From Pseudomonadota bacterium (GTDB lineage: Bacteria; Pseudomonadota; Gammaproteobacteria; Steroidobacterales; Steroidobacteraceae), in assembly GCA_041168985.1 (NCBI GenBank), contig JBEEKA010000318.1:1-57788 (forward strand): a stretch of 57,788 nt of DNA. The letters are read 5' to 3'. The translations under genes and the position numbers were made by a program. Under the pieces are notes generated by a model. The model did no database searches, was not told the DNA's origin, and was given only the letters and a program-made list of their open reading frames with translations. Of this stretch, positions 56,673 to 57,788 are shown piece by piece. The number at the start of each line of letters is the position of its first letter. Positions within the stretch are counted from its first letter, which is position 1.

Positions 56673-57788
56673 CAGCCGGACTCCTTGCCCACGTACCCTG
56701 CCACCTCGAGGCCGAAGGCCGAGAGACCGGACATCTGTTTCGGCGCGGACAGAACGCGCATGCGGCGCACCCCGAGATCTTTCAGGATCTGTGCGCCCAC
56801 GCCATAGGTGCGCAGCACCGAGTCACCGGACGCGACGACGGGGGGCTCCGGCAGGCGCAGGCCCTGCACCGCATCCGCCAGCTTGCGCGGGGTTTCTCCT
56901 TCGCGCAGGACGACGACGACGCCGCAGGGCTCGTTCGCAATGCGTTCGAGGGCCGCGCGCAGGGTCCAGCTGTGCCCCTCGCCCCTGACGCCCAGCATGT
57001 CACGCAGCGTGTCGGCGAGGTGTACACGGACCAGCGGCAGGGATTCGGAATCCGGCCGGCCCTTCACGAGGGCGAGGTGCAGGTCCCGATGCACGTGGTC
57101 TTCGTAGCAATACAGCCTGAAGCTGCCGAATTCCGTATCGATGTCCCGTTCCGCGATCCTCTCGACGCTGCTTTCATTGCGCAGGCGATAGCGGATCAGG
57201 TCCTTGATCGTGCCCATCCGCAGGCCATGCAGCTTGGCGAAGGCCTCCAGCTGGGGGCGACGTGACATCGTGCCATCGTCGTTCATGACCTCGACGATGA
57301 CGGCCGCAGGCTCGAGGCCCGCCAGCCGCGAGAGGTCGCAGCCCGCCTCAGTATGGCCGGCCCGGGTCAGCACGCCACCGGGCTGCGCCATCACCGGGAA
57401 AATATGGCCGGGCTGGCGGAGATCTTCAGGGCGCGCACCGGGGGCGACCGCGGCCAGCACCGTCCTGGCCCGGTCATAGGCCGAAATTCCGGTCGTGATG
57501 CCCTCGACGGCTTCGATCGACAGGGTGAAATTCGTGCGCCGCTCGCTGTCGGTACTGCTCACCATGAGGGGCAGGCGCAACTGGGCGCATCGCTCGCGCG
57601 TCAGCGTCAGGCAGATGAGCCCGCGGCCGAATCGGGCCATGAAATTGATGTCTTCCGGACGCACCTTCGAGGCGGCCATGAGCAGGTCGCCTTCGTTCTC
57701 CCGGTCCTCGTCATCGACGATGACGACCATCTTGCCGGCAGCAAGGTCCGCGAGGATGTCTTCGATGCTGTCGAAGACCGATTCGGTT
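56672..57788 (-). CDS. ribBA: Bifunctional 3,4-dihydroxy-2-butanone-4-phosphate synthase / GTP cyclohydrolase II; the N-terminus runs off the right edge
   Basis: The track ORF begins at an internal Met (57730). The frame continues to the window end as ...TESVFDSIEDILADLAAGKMVVIVDDEDRENEGDL, a typical RibB N-terminus. The C-terminal half is GCH-II-like. Confidence 0.93.
   Translation of the reverse strand, partial: TESVFDSIEDILADLAAGKMVVIVDDEDRENEGDLLMAASKVRPEDINFMARFGRGLICLTLTRERCAQLRLPLMVSSTDSERRTNFTLSIEAVEGITTGISAYDRARTVLAAVAPGARPEDLRQPGHIFPVMAQPGGVLTRAGHTEAGCDLSRLAGLEPAAVIVEVMNDDGTMSRRPQLEAFAKLHGLRMGTIKDLIRYRLRNESSVERIAERDIDTEFGSFRLYCYEDHVHRDLHLALVKGRPDSESLPLVRVHLADTLRDMLGVRGEGHSWTLRAALERIANEPCGVVVVLREGETPRKLADAVQGLRLPEPPVVASGDSVLRTYGVGAQILKDLGVRRMRVLSAPKQMSGLSAFGLEVAGYVGKESG

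Overview
This is a visibly GC-rich proteobacterial chromosomal segment. The gene content points to a gammaproteobacterium, but I cannot name the species by eye. Supporting content includes EF-P with EpmA/EpmB, FimV plus a FimX-like protein, lpxH-cysS-folD...tRNA cluster-tig-clpP-clpX, truA-accD-folC-SPOR-cvpA-purF, xseB-ispA-dxs, ribBA-ribH-nusB-thiL and parE-parC. I call about 56 protein-coding genes and 5 tRNA genes. Genes are packed with very short or overlapping junctions.

I saw no rRNA, CRISPR array, IS/transposase, integrase, prophage or recognisable defence island. All calls come from reading the supplied translations, plus hand translation where the track has no entry, for family signature motifs and from hand-folding the tRNAs. 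No database search or computation was possible. The ORF track uses ATG/GTG/TTG starts and the longest ORF, so I trimmed several starts to internal ATGs that clear neighbouring genes or tRNAs.

Most of the window is core housekeeping, and I found no obvious multi-gene block of unknown function. The least standard parts are:
1. A translationally coupled seven-gene array: pseudo-receiver Ser/Thr kinase, MiaE-type hydroxylase and an Opp-type importer (15207-22233).
2. A Ser/Thr kinase fused to a cyclic-nucleotide-binding domain at the tail of the rib-nusB-thiL operon (53302-54630).
3. A 6-kb tRNA-flanked variable segment carrying soluble heme-PAS FixLJ, a dihaem cytochrome c, a TraR/DksA zinc finger and an ADP-forming acyl-CoA synthetase (5835-11920).
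4. An Sfp-type PPTase plus an EpsB-type priming sugar transferase where lon is normally found after clpX (1-1987).
5. A quinohaemoprotein with an N-terminal cytochrome c domain (40283-42526).
6. A Tat-signal SDR flanked by small membrane proteins (51283-53294).
7. A FimX-like protein with degenerate GGDEF and EAL domains (37730-39841).

All functional links proposed for these are hypotheses.
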